A stretch of DNA of 64,000 nt from positions 64,294,001-64,358,000 of the forward strand of contig OX597824.1 in assembly GCA_951406725.2 (NCBI GenBank). The letters are read 5' to 3'. Below, in pieces: positions 1 to 11,310 of this stretch (the first letter of the stretch is position 1; the number at the start of each line of letters is the position of its first letter). This DNA comes from Octopus vulgaris. Taxonomy: Eukaryota. The position numbers and the translations under genes are program-made. Below the pieces are notes generated by a model, which was not told the origin of the DNA, searched no databases, and was given only the letters and a program-made list of their open reading frames with translations.

Positions 1-279
1 TATTAGTGCGTAAGATTGGTCTGGACGTGCATATGTATGGGGTTGGTGTATGTATTAGTATGTATTAGTATGTATTAGTATGTATTAGTACGTATTGGTA
101 TGTATAGGTGTGTGTGTGTGTGAGAGAGAGAGTATAAGTGCGTATGCGGGGTCTGGACGTGTGTATGTATAGGGTTGGTGTAAGTATTAGTATGTACTAG
201 TATGTATTAGTACGTATTAGTATGTATTAGTTGGTGTGTGTATTAGTATGGCACATCATATGTGATGTGATGTGTAAAG
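1..279 (-). repeat. 3' pseudo-LTR/tail region of the Penelope element with (TAGTATGTAT)n 10-mer repeats
   Basis: Tandem tattagtatg units and two ggtctggacgtg motifs. The complement cacgtccagacc also occurs at ~14094-14105 in a second tail. Confidence 0.65.
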
Positions 280-2250
280 TCATGTGGTGTAGTGAGGAGA
301 AGAGGGGGGGAGAAGAGGGGGGAGGGAAGGGGAGGGGAAGAAGGGGGAAGAGGAGACGATGGGGGAGAAGGAAGGTGAGGAGGGGGATGAAGGAGGAAAG
401 AGGGAGAGGGGGAGAGAGGGAAGGGGGAGAGAGAGAAGGGGAGAGAGGGAGTGAGGGAGCAGAGGGAAGGGGAAGAAGGGAGGGAGAAAGAGGGAAGAAG
501 GGAAGGGGAGTAGGGGTGAAAGGATGAAGGACTGAAGAAGTAGGGATCGGGGGGAGAAAGGATAGGTGAGGAGGGGGAGAGGGGGGTTAGATGAGGAGGG
601 GGGAGAGTTGAGACCAAATGGCGTATAAGAGCGAAGAGAGAAGATTAATTCCTGTTCACGGCGCAAACGGGAATCCGGATGGCCTCTGTGTAAGGACAAA
701 CCGAACACAGATAGGTGTTGCAAGGAGTGACCGGTGGAGCGGAAATGGCGTGAGACCAGTGTGTCGTTCGCAAGGTGGATGTCACGAAGGTGTTCCGCGA
801 ACCGGTCAGCCAAGCGGCGTCCCGTTTGTCCGATGTACAAGGAATTGCAGAGAGAGCAAGAGATGCAATAGATAATATTGCTGGAGGTGCAGGTGAAGGA
901 GTGGATGATGGGATAGGGTCGATGGTGGGTGCTAGTGAGGCGGGTGGTGTTGGAGAGGTAAGGGCAAGTGCGGCAACGTGGGCGGGAGCAGGGGAACGAG
1001 CCGGGTTGGGAGGTAGGGTCAGGGAAGGAGCTATGGACCAAAAGGTCTCGAAGGTTGTGGGCTCGTTTGAAAGAGGGGAGGGGTCGGTTAGGGAAGAGGT
1101 GTGAAGTGGACGGGTCGGACTGGAGATGACGGAAAGCTCGAAGAATGGTGCGTTGGAGACGTAGGGTCGTGGGGTGGTAAGTGAGGGGAAAAGGGAGGCG
1201 GGAGACTACAGGGCGGGTTCGGGGAGAGAGAGCAGATACACGGTCCACGGACCGTGCTCTGGCAAGGGCGGTGTGGATAGTGGTGAGGGGGTATCCACGT
1301 AGGGTGAAGTGGTGAGCCATACGTTGAGACTGAGTCTCAAAGTCATGGTCGTCACTACAGAGCCTACGTAGACGGAGGAATTGGGAATAGGGGATGGAAA
1401 GCTTGGTGTGTTCTGGGTGGGAGGAAGAGAAGTTGAGGTATGAGTGTGAGTCTGTGTGTTTGTAGTGAATGGAGGTGGTAAGAGTGGAGTGAAGAATGCT
1501 AACCGAAATGTCGAGGAAGGAGACAGAGGTGTTGGAGATAGTGGAAGTGAAGTGGAGGGCTGGATGGAAAGATTGGACGAAAGAGAGGAAGGAATCTAGA
1601 TGTTCGCGGGAGAGTGAGGTGGCACCGATAATGTCGTCAATATAACGACCATATAGTTCAGGAGTGGGACCAGTGAAATTAGAGAATATTTGGGCCTCAA
1701 CATAGCCAACGAACAGGTTCGCATAGTTGGGGCCCATTCGCGTTCCCATGGCCACTCCCGAGATCTGATGGTAGAACTCGCCCGCGAACGAGAAGCAGTT
1801 CAGAGTAAGGACAAGTTCGGTCAGACGAATGAGTGTGGAGGTGTCAGGTACAGGGTTAGAGCGGAGGTCAAGAAAGTGTCGAAGGGCCTGCAGTCCTTCG
1901 TGGTGAGGGATAACAGTATAGAGGCTTTGGATGTCCATAGTAAAAAGGATTTTGGAGGAGGCGGGAGGAAAGGAGAAAGAGTTGAAAAGCCGGAGAGCAT
2001 GGTTGGTATCGTGGATGTGGGAGGGAAGAGATGCCACTAGGGGGGCAAGGACACGGTCGAGGTATTTAGAGATGAGCTCCGTGGGGCAGTTACAGGCGGA
2101 GACGATGGGGCGGCCAGGGTTGTTGGGTTTGTGGATTTTGGGGAGGAAGTAAATGGTGGGGGTACGTGGGGTTCGCACAATTAGGTTGGATGCGGTGCGG
2201 GGGAGACGGGAGGACGAGATGAGGTCTTGGACAGTAGAGGATACCGTCTG
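280..2250 (-). mobile_element. Penelope-like retroelement (Neptune-type), 5'-truncated ORF encoding RT + Cys linker + GIY-YIG endonuclease
   Basis: ORF 280..2178 has PLE RT motifs LPKIHK..PGRPIVS, DIQSLYT, GVAMG, RYIDD, a CSRPRCRTC linker and GIY-YIG NIIYCISC..YIGQTGRRLADRFAEH..REQELI..GLN. The frame stays open upstream to ~2250 with no ATG and no internal stops. Confidence 0.95.
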
Positions 2251-2266
2251 TTGGATACCGTCTGTT

Positions 2267-2316
<50 letters not shown>

Positions 2317-2321
<5 letters not shown>

Positions 2322-2712
2322 TATTATAAAAGGCAGATTTTATCTGCCTCCCTTTGGGAGTTATACAAATCTACAATATAGGATTTCTTCAATTACAATT
2401 TACCTGGCATTTTTAAGAGTACAATGCATCGCGTCATGCCAGGTCCAGTTTTTAAAATTTAAACTCCAATTAAGCAAAATTTACAGAAAACTCACATTCT
2501 GGTGTGTGTGTCAAATGCTTTTCTTAGTCTGGTTTACACCACACGCAAACGCACACACACAGTGGGCAACGAATAAAATGAAAGTAAATAGCGGACAGAG
2601 TGATTTGAGGAAGACTAAAGTGAAAGTATTCTGTCTATGACGATGATAGATACATGAGTAAAATGTATGGGAAGCTAAGAGCTAAGAGTGAGTGAAAATG
2701 TTCTTGGAAGAG
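2317..2712 (+). mobile_element. Helitron-type non-autonomous 5' segment (family B, copy 1)
   Basis: Starts TC after (TA)n with a GGCAGAT-TTT-ATCTGCC hairpin. ~270-310 bp are near-identical to 4114+ and 6639+. The 3' boundary is approximate. Confidence 0.6.
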
Positions 2713-3094
2713 AGTAATTAGTAATAAAGTAAACATACACTCATACATACATACATACATACATACATACATACATACATACACACATACACACACACAT
2801 ACATACACACACACATACATACACACACACATACATACATATACATACATACATACATACATATACATACATACATACACACACACACATACACACACAC
2901 ACAGTATTGAAGCTTGAGAACAATCAGATACATTTGCAACACATCTGTTGAAAATATTATTGTTCACACACATACATATACATATATACATACAGACAGA
3001 CAGACAGATAGACACACACACACACACACACACACACATGATCCAGCATGGCCACAACCTCAAGGCTGAAACATATAAAAGAATAACAGAATAT

Positions 3095-3455
3095 AAATGT
3101 GTGCAAAGTACAAGAAATATTAATGCAGTATATGGGGATTGGACAATAAGCGTAAGGCAGTGTCAATGGTGGTTCCAGAAATCCTGAGCCATAAACTACA
3201 GCCTAGAAGACGAGCCTCATCCTGAAAGATCTGTAGAACTCGACAAGGACATCCTGAAAACCCTGGTGGAACAAAATATCATCGTAACTGTTGAGGAACT
3301 AGCAGAGAAGCTTGGATTTGGTCATTCAACCATTCATTGAGACCTGTGTGCTATCGGAAAAGTCAGCAAATTGGGTCAATGGGTTCCTCACGAATTTTCC
3401 GAGTCTAATTGCATGCAGAGAGTGAATGTATGCTTTTCTTTGCTGTCATATCTCA
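3095..3455 (+). pseudogene. mariner transposase N-terminal fragment
   Basis: Frameshifted translation RNINAVYGD..SVRQCQWWF..SLEDEP..ELAEKLG..GKVSKLGQWVPHE (HTH plus the WVPHEL motif). Confidence 0.85.
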
Positions 3456-3475
3456 CCACTACTGCGCTATGTATA

Positions 3476-4113
3476 TCTATATATATAAAACTGTAGTTGT
3501 GTGAGTGTCTGTCCCCTTCGATTTAGATTCCTAACTACTCCCACATTTTGCGGTACAGTTTAACCAAATTCGGGTAGCTTATAGTTGTGATTCATATCGA
3601 GCCCGTCTGAATATTAGCGCGCGTCTACGATGAGTCTACGATTTTAAAAATAATTTAACATCATTTTTTATTCCATTTTAATGCATAATTTTTCGTGTGT
3701 CGATGGCGGCGGAGTTGGCGTCCACGCTCACACCTGCACCTGTGGGGAAGGGAGTGTAAGGAAATCAACGTCGTAATGCGTTGTCAAGGAGACCAGTGTT
3801 CTTTTAGAACAAAGACTTCATGGCTTGAAGACACCAAAACAGAAATGGCTAAGAAAGCGTCTACATGAGTCTACGATTTAAAAAAAAATTTACCATCGTT
3901 TTTTTTCCATTTTAATGCATTTTTTCGCTATTATATAAGGGAAGTAACTCTCTAAAAATGTCTACGATGAGTCAACGATTTAAAAAAAAAATTTACCATC
4001 ATATTTTTTCCATTTTTAATGCATTTTTTGCTATTTTTTGGCTATAACTCTCTAAAAATGCTTATATAGTTATTTCCCTTACAAACCCGAGCAACGCCGG
4101 GCGATACTGCTAG
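3476..4113 (+). mobile_element. non-autonomous Helitron (family A)
   Basis: 5' TC, 3' CCCG-AGCAACGC-CGGG hairpin then CTAG, with internal tandem ctacgatgagtc units. Five copies in the window. Confidence 0.85.
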
Positions 4114-4480
4114 TCTTATTATAAAAGGCAGATTTTATCTGCCTCCCTTTGGGAGTTATACAAATCTACAATATAGGATTTCTTCAATTACAATTTACCT
4201 AGCAGTTTTAAGAGTACAATGCATCGCGTCATGCCAGGTCCAGTTTTTAAAATTTAAACTCCAGTTAAGCAAAATTTACAGAAAACTCACATTCTGGTGT
4301 GTGTGTCAAATGCTTTTCTTAGTCTGGTTTACACCACACGCAAACGCACACACACAGTGGGCAGCGAATAAAATGAAAGTAATTTACTTACTGTAGTGAG
4401 TGATTCTTTCACTCTGCCTCCCACTTCCTCTTTCAACACAGACACGCAAATATATAAATAAAATTGTAAGCTAACGTGCG
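4114..4480 (+). mobile_element. Helitron-type 5' segment (family B, copy 2), fused directly to the preceding CTAG
   Basis: Junction reads gctag|tcttattataaaaggcag; near-identical to 2317+. Confidence 0.6.
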
Positions 4481-4611
4481 TGTGTGTGAGTGTGTGTGTG
4501 TGTGTGTGTGTGCGCGTGTGTGTGTGTGAGGGTGCGCGTGTGTGTGTGTGTGTGCGTGTGCGTGAGTGTGTGACAGGAAAGTTTTTTACGACGAATATAA
4601 GTAGCAGAAAG

Positions 4612-4985
4612 ATAAGACAGTAAGGTGTGATTTGAGGGAGATTTGGCTGCTATTTCTACCATGTCTAGCTGCCATGTAGGGGTCTCCCTCATAGGCTCAT
4701 ACATACATATATACATAGATAAGACAGTAAGGTGTGATTTGGGGGAAATTTGGCTGCTATTTCTACCAGGTCTAGCTGCCATGTAGGGGTCTCCCTCATA
4801 GGCTCATACATACATATATACATAGATAAGACAGTAAGGTGTGATTTGGGGGAAATTTGGCTGCTATCTCTACCAGGTCTAGCTACCATGTAGAGGTCCC
4901 CCTCATTGGCTCATATATATATACATACATAAGACAGTAAGGTGTGATTTGAGGGAGATTTGGCTGCTGTTTCTACCAGGTCTGT
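4612..4985 (+). repeat. tandem array of a ~107-bp unit (3.5 copies)
   Basis: ataagacagtaaggtgtgattt units start at ~4612, 4719, 4826 and 4929. The unit resembles dispersed monomers at ~19200, ~19490 and ~61965. Confidence 0.9.
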
Positions 4986-5330
4986 TAGGCCTTCTCATGT
5001 AAACTCAAGCTTTCTTATGCCTTGAACATAAGACCAAAGTAGAGAATGTATTCTTTTATTCTTCTGCTTTTTCCAGCCATTGGTCTGTGGCCATGCTGGG
5101 GCAATGCCTTGAAGAATTGTAGTTTAATGAATCAACTCCAGTTTTATTTTTGTAAGCATTGTACTTATTCTATCTGTTTCCTTTGTCAAACCACTAGGTG
5201 ACAGGGATGTAAACAAACCAACATTCGTTGTCAAGCAGTGGTGGAGGACAATCACAAGCACAGACACGCACACACACACACATACATGCATACATACATA
5301 TATATATATATATGTGTGTATATATATATA

Positions 5331-5652
5331 TTGCAGCGTGGAAGGTGTTTGTAAGCCATTTAAGAAACACACAAAAACCGTTACATTCACTTCAACATTT
5401 AAATTTCATTTGCCAAAATATTTTCGTCGCTTTGAGACCGCGACCTGTTCACTGACAAAAATATCGTGCTAACAGGTCGCGGTCTCAAAGCGACGAAAAT
5501 ATTTTGACAAATTAAATTTAAATGTTGAAGTGAATCTAACGGTTTTTGTGTGTTTCTTAAATGGCTTATAAACACCTTCAACGCTGCAACTGTTTTCGTT
5601 CCAGCACACGATCTCAGATCAAGTCACTTGCTATGCAAGTACATCTCTGTAA
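5331..5652. mobile_element. foldback of a Penelope pLTR-like sequence (arms ~5331-5449 / ~5471-5589)
   Basis: ~120-bp inverted repeat between TA microsatellites; carries a hammerhead motif. Confidence 0.7.
5409..5459 (-). ncRNA. minimal type I hammerhead ribozyme, G3:C8 core variant
   Basis: Minus strand: tttgtca GTGAACA g gtcgc-ggtctcaaa-gcgac GAAA atat TT tggcaaa. Stems I and II and a palindromic stem III are present. Confidence 0.6.
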
Positions 5653-5753
5653 CTATTTATACATTTATATATATATATATATATGTATATTGTTAAAAAC
5701 AGTAAGATAACAAAAGAAAGAAAGAGACCTCAATATTATGTAAATAGAGGAAA

Positions 5754-6148
5754 TCTTTATATATAAAAGTGAGGTTGTGTGTCTGTCTCCTACGATTTAG
5801 ATTCCTAACTACTCCCACATTTTGCGGTGCAGTTTAACCAAAACCGGGTATCTTATAGTCGTGATTCATATCGAGACCGTCTGGGTATTAGCGCGCGTCT
5901 ACGATGAGTCTACGATTTAAAAAAAAAATTACCATCAATTTTTCCCATTTTTAATCCATTTTTGACATATATAAGGGAAGTAACTCTCTAAAATTTATTA
6001 TTAAATCTCAGAACGTAAAAAGCTACAGTAACACCCCCTCCCCCTTTGTGGTTAGCCATATTGAGATGGCTATTATACTTTACATCTCTAAAAATGCTTA
6101 TATAATTATTTCCCTTACAAACCCGAGCAACGCCGGGCGATACTGCTA

Positions 6149-6149
<1 letters not shown>
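5754..6149 (+). mobile_element. non-autonomous Helitron (family A)
   Basis: A|TC...hairpin-CTAG|T termini. Confidence 0.85.
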
Positions 6150-6209
<60 letters not shown>

Positions 6210-6212
<3 letters not shown>

Positions 6213-6635
6213 TGCTGTGTGCTAAGAAACTTGCTTCTCAACCACATAGTTCTGCATTCAGTCCCACTGTGTAGTACTTTTGGCAAGTATCTCTACTATA
6301 GCCTCAAGCTAACCAACGTTTTGTGAATGTATTTGGTAGATGGAAACTGAACGAAACCTGTCATATTTATATATATGTGTGTGTGTATATGTAAGTATAC
6401 ACTTATATGTGTGTGTGTGTTAGTGTCTGTGTTTGTTCTCTTATCACTGTTTGACAACTGATGTTGTTGTGTTTATGTTCCCTTAACTTAGCAGTTCAGC
6501 AAATGAGACCATTGCTAGGCTTTAAAAATTAAGTCCTGTGGTTGATTTGTTTGACTAAAACCCTTCAAGGCAGTACACCAGCATAGTCACAGTCAAATGA
6601 CTGAAACAAGTAAAAGAATAAAAAAATAAAAGAAT
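6210..6635 (+). mobile_element. tRNA-derived octopod SINE (OR/OK-like), diverged
   Basis: Head ctgtgtg..ttcagtcccactg..ggcaagt, internal microsatellite, tail gactgaaacaagtaaaag. Confidence 0.75.
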
Positions 6636-6638
6636 ATA

Positions 6639-7790
6639 TCTCTTATTATAAAAGGCAGATTTTATCTGCCTCCCTTTGGGAGTTATACAAATCTACAATA
6701 TAGGATTTCTTCAATTACAATTTACCTAGCATTTTTAAGAGTACAATGCATCGCGTCATGCCAGGTCCAGTTTTTAAAATTTAAACTCCAATTAAGCAAA
6801 ATTTACAGAAAACTCACTTTCTGGTGTGTGTGTCAAATGCTGTTCTTAGTCTGGTTTACACCACACGCAAACGCACACACACAGTGTGCAACGAATAAAA
6901 TGAAAGTAAATAGCGACAGAGTGATTTGAGGAAGACTAAACTGAAAGTATTTAAACCACAACTCAAAAAATAAAAAAACACAGCAAACAGAAACAAATAA
7001 ATACATAACCATTTACTCCTCACACAATTTGTTCAATTAGAATTTACCTAAGATTTTTCAGAGTACTTCAGTGGGTGATGCCATAAAAAATTTCTTTCAA
7101 TTTTACCACCAATTAAGACAAAATTCGAGAAAACTCAATATTTTAACATATCACTCCGAAAGCATTGATGTACATGTGTGCGTGCGTGAGTGTGTGTGTG
7201 TCATTCCTCACATACACATACATATACAACTACATACAACTACATACACATACAACTACATACAAACACGTGTGTGTTTGTTATTAGTAAAAAAGGCGCC
7301 AAAACTCAACTCACTTATCATTCCAACACATTTGCAAAGACACACGGACAGAAAAGGTAAATTAGTTTTTATTTTACTCTGTATATATTTTATTATATAA
7401 TATTATATATAGATATATGTATATATAATTGCAGTATGAAACTGTTTATGTATAAACAGACGACACTTATATATAGTTACCAAGCCGCCCGAATTTACCT
7501 ATTCATATTTAAATGAGAATATCAGAGCAAATCTCTTTAGTACATTCGTGAAAACACGTATTATACTTCGTAAACACTTCAACTACAGTTTTGTACAAAA
7601 ATCGAAGTGTAATTTTAATTCCGTGAATTATGGGAGATTTTTTTCCGAAATTTGTTCCTATTGTGTTTTCAAAATTTGTAATTCTGACAAAAAATGGATA
7701 CGAATTTCATTATATCAAGCAGCGAGTCAGAATTCGAAGGATTTTCTACTGAAGACCTTCATAAATCTAACTCTATGACTGAAAAAAAAA
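6639..7790 (+). mobile_element. Helitron-type family B copy 3 plus filler
   Basis: Same TC-start 5' segment, followed by other filler up to the family A copy. Confidence 0.55.
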
Positions 7791-7794
7791 AGCA

Positions 7795-8169
7795 TCTTTA
7801 TATAAGAGTGAAGTTGTGTGGTGTCTGTCTCCTACGATTTAGATTCCTAACTACTCCCACATTTTGCGGTGCAGTTTAACTAAAAGCGGGTATCTTATAG
7901 TCGTGATTCATATCGAGCCTTTCTGGGTATTAGCGTGCGTCTACGATGAGTCTACGATTTAAAAAAATTTACCATCATATTTTTCCATTTTAATGCATTT
8001 TTTTCGCTTTTATATAAGGGAAGTAACTCTCTAAAAATATCTACGATGTGTCAACGATTTAAAAAAAATTTACCTTAATTTTTTTGCTATTTTTTGGCTA
8101 TAAATCTCTAAAAATGCTTATATAGTTATTTCCCTTACAAACTCGAGCAACGCCGGGCGATACTGCTAG
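7795..8169 (+). mobile_element. non-autonomous Helitron (family A)
   Basis: A|TC...CTAG|T termini and 3' hairpin. Confidence 0.85.
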
Positions 8170-8292
8170 TATATATATATATATATATATATGGTCAATC
8201 CAAACATGAACAAGCAAGAAAAACCAACAACGCAAGGACGTGGAATATGTACAGTCTTATTAGATGCTCAGGAAAGGAAAGAAAGAAAGAGG

Positions 8293-8328
8293 ATTTCATG
8301 TTTCGAGCGGAGCTCTTCATCAGAAATA
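8293..8328 (-). ncRNA. minimal hammerhead motif (cleavage site mutated) in a ~200-bp pLTR-like repeat (8192-8400)
   Basis: ttt CTGATGA a gagc-tcc-gctc GAAAC atga. Homologous to the 56749-56783 and ~16395-16435 copies. Confidence 0.6.
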
Positions 8329-8779
8329 TAGAAAAAGTCCAAAGAAGGGAAGACGGAGAAAGAAAATCGCTGAAGACAGAGATGGGTGAAGAAAAAGTTA
8401 TTCAAAAGACAGGAGAGTGCAAGAGAAGGAGGTATGTGTGTGTAGGTTTGGATATGTGTGACGAAAAAGTTCTTCGAAAGACAGGAGAGTGCAAGAGAAG
8501 GAGGTATGTGTGTGTAGGTTTGGATATGTGTGTGTATGCGCGCAGGTCTCTGTATATGCATACATATATAAATATACATATATGTATACATACATATACA
8601 AATGTATAGAGAGAGAAGGGTAAGGAGATAATATTTGTGTGAATACACACACACACACATGCACATGCGAATGCATACACACATATGTGCACACATGCAC
8701 ACACACACGCACACACATACACACATATATGCACACATCCTAATGCTGTAACACTGAATGGGAATACAAACTGCATAAA

Positions 8780-9700
8780 TCAGATATAAATAGGGAAAAG
8801 CACAATAAATCATCCAACCATCTCAAGCAGGTAACAAAAAGGGCAGCGCTTGAATTTAAGCAGTGCATAGCAACCAGCCCTGGCAGTAAGGTGTTCTGGA
8901 AATATGTACGTTTAAAGCAGAGACCTCTCCCTCCAGTTGCTCCTCTTCACAATCACCACCCAAAGAATGTGCAAAACTCATTGCTACATGCTATGCAGGC
9001 ATTGTTACTGTTGAAAACCAAAATGTTCCATCTCCACCACCTCTGACACCAAATTCCATAACAACTATGGAATTTACACCTGCAATGCTGCAATATCACC
9101 TTAAGAATAAGCGCTACTGTGTCTCTCCTGATCTTGATGGTGTTACATACCTGCTTCTCAAATGTGGTGGATATTTTCTTCTGCACCAACTATCACTTTT
9201 CTTTCGGTTCTGTCTTAACAATGGTGCTACTCCAGAGTAGTAGAAACCTACCAATGTCATTTCTCTGTTCAAAAAGGGTGACTGCAAGCACTAGCGTAGC
9301 TAGAGTGTGTGCTGCCCAGGGTGGCCCTTCCGTTTGCTGCCCCCCAGACCCCACAAAAACACATATTGCATACAGTCATAGTCTACAACCTGGGTGAAAA
9401 GCGCCACCCCTTTAAAAGTGCCGCTTGAGGCGGACCACCCCTACCACCCCCTAGCTACACTAGTGACCACATGTCACCTGTCAACTATCATCCAGTCAGT
9501 CTTACTAGCTGCATTGCCAAACTAACGGAATCCCGTGTCAGAGAAACATTCTGGAACTTCTGGAATTCTTACAGCCTTTTCTGGCCCTTGCAATTTGGAT
9601 TTATCCCTAACTCCAGCTGCTGTGATCAACTATCAGGTTTCTTAAAGACATCACATGGGTCGCTGATGGTAACTCATGGGTGGATGTTGTTTACCTTGAC
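8780..9700 (+). pseudogene. old CR1/L2-group LINE RT fragment
   Basis: NVISLFKKGD...SPVNYHPVSLTSCIAKLTE...QFGF motifs, degenerate. The 5' boundary is approximate. Confidence 0.75.
9289..9465. mobile_element. hAT-like MITE inserted in the LINE fragment
   Basis: TIRs cactagcgtagctag / ctagctacactagtg. Degenerate 8-bp TSD actgcaag/accacatg. Splits KKGD|SPVNY. Confidence 0.7.
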
Positions 9701-10075
9701 TGTGGCCATGCTGGAGCACCGCCTTTAGTCGAGTAAATCGCCCCCAGGACTTATTCTTTTGAAGCCTAGTACTTATTCTATTGGTCTTTTTTGCCAAACC
9801 ACTGAGTTACGGAGATGTAAACACACCATCTTTGGTTGTCAAGTGATGTTGGGGGGACAAACACAGACACACAAACATATATACACACATGCATATATAT
9901 ATACATATACACGACGAGATTCTTTCAGTTTCCAGCTACCAAATCCACTCACAAGGCTTTGGTTGGCCCAAAGCTATTGTAGAAGACACTTGCCCAAGAT
10001 GCCACGCAGTGTGAATGAACCCAGAACCATGTGGTTGGTAAGCAAACTACTTACCACACAGCCACTCCTGCACCT
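9697..10075 (-). mobile_element. tRNA-derived octopod SINE
   Basis: Full head-to-tail match to the copies at 25285-25676 and 49807-50205. Confidence 0.85.
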
Positions 10076-10080
10076 ATATA

Positions 10081-10166
10081 TATTTCCTGATGAGAAGACG
10101 GCATAATGAAACCTTCATTACTTCGGAATTAAGAGTATGCAGTCTTCAAAACATATGTCGAAAGTA
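10081..10166 (+). ncRNA. hammerhead motif with long stem II, G12>A decayed
   Basis: tttc CTGATGA gaagac..gtcttc AAAAC atat GTC gaaa. Confidence 0.6.
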
Positions 10167-10214
10167 AAGGAATTTGTTAAAATCTTCGTTCGACTCCATT
10201 CTTTTCATTTATTC

Positions 10215-10264
<50 letters not shown>

Positions 10265-10669
10265 CAGATCTCACTCAGACACTCCTTTACTTTGTCACCC
10301 TTCGTCACTGTCCTCCATTCATTCTTTCTTTAGCTCACTCATTCACACACATCCATTCACTAACACTCTCCTACAAACACTTACCACACTTCAGTATATA
10401 AAACCTCACACCCACCTTACCACTCTTTTATCTGTTATTGCTTTCCTTTTTACTTATCTCAGTCATTGGTTTGCAGCCATGCTGGAGCACTACTTTGAAG
10501 GATTTAGTCATACAATAATCAACACCAGCACTTATTTTTAAGTCTGATACTTAATCTATCAGTCATTTTTGCCAAACTGCTAGGTTACAGAGATATAAAC
10601 AAACCAACACCAGATATCAGGCAGTTGTTGGGAATAAACTTTATACTCAACATTCTCTTCTCATTGCAG

Positions 10670-11310
10670 CAAACAGCATAGTATGACTACTAGAATGAGC
10701 AGTACAATGCTGTTGTTATGGTGAACAGTACAATGTGGTTGCTATAGTGAATGATATTGTGTAACTATTAAAGTGCACGATACAATGTAGCTGCAACAGT
10801 AAACAGTTCAATCTGCTTGTGAACAATACAGTGTCAGTGCTATAGTGAAAAATGCAGTGTAAATGTTACAGTGAACAATACCGAATGACTGCTATTGTAA
10901 ACAGTATAGTGGGACTGTTATAATGAACAGTACAGTGTGGTTGTTAAAGCGAACAGTACAGAGTGGTGAGTGCATTGAATAGAACAATATAATGTTAAGT
11001 TAAGTTAATTTTTGGGCTCAAAAAGCAAAAAGCAAGGCCATGTAGGGGGCATGGAGTTATGTACAGGGGTGTTCATGCAAAAAGTTCAGGCTATTTCTGA
11101 TCAAGAGAGGCTTTGAATCAAGCGGTCGTCGGCATCTTCACTATCTCGTCCGGCAGCTTATTCCACGGATCCGCAACCCGGACGGAGAAAGCCCCTCTCC
11201 TTCGATTGAGATGTTACAACAGTGAACAGGACCAGTACAGTGTGGCTGCTATGCTGACAGAGCAGTAGTGTTGTCACTATAGTTAACATCATAGTGAGTT
11301 TGCTACATTT
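10670..11310 (+). repeat. degenerate ~28-bp minisatellite (gctatagtgaacagtacagtgtggtt-like)
   Basis: Recurrent gtgaacagtaca units, interrupted by a LINE 3' end. Confidence 0.75.
10994..11213 (-). mobile_element. CR1-group LINE 3' end with (TTAAC)n tail
   Basis: Translation HLNRRRGAFSVRVADPWNKLPDEIV..FKASLD. Flanked by atgtta repeats. Confidence 0.8.

Noticed and set aside
7694-7790. Short ORF with an SESEFEGF motif
   Set aside because: Resembles DNA-transposon acidic termini but is too short to assign.
10670-11310. Regularly spaced ~28-bp units resembling a CRISPR array
   Set aside because: Degenerate tandem minisatellite without unique spacers, in a eukaryotic context.
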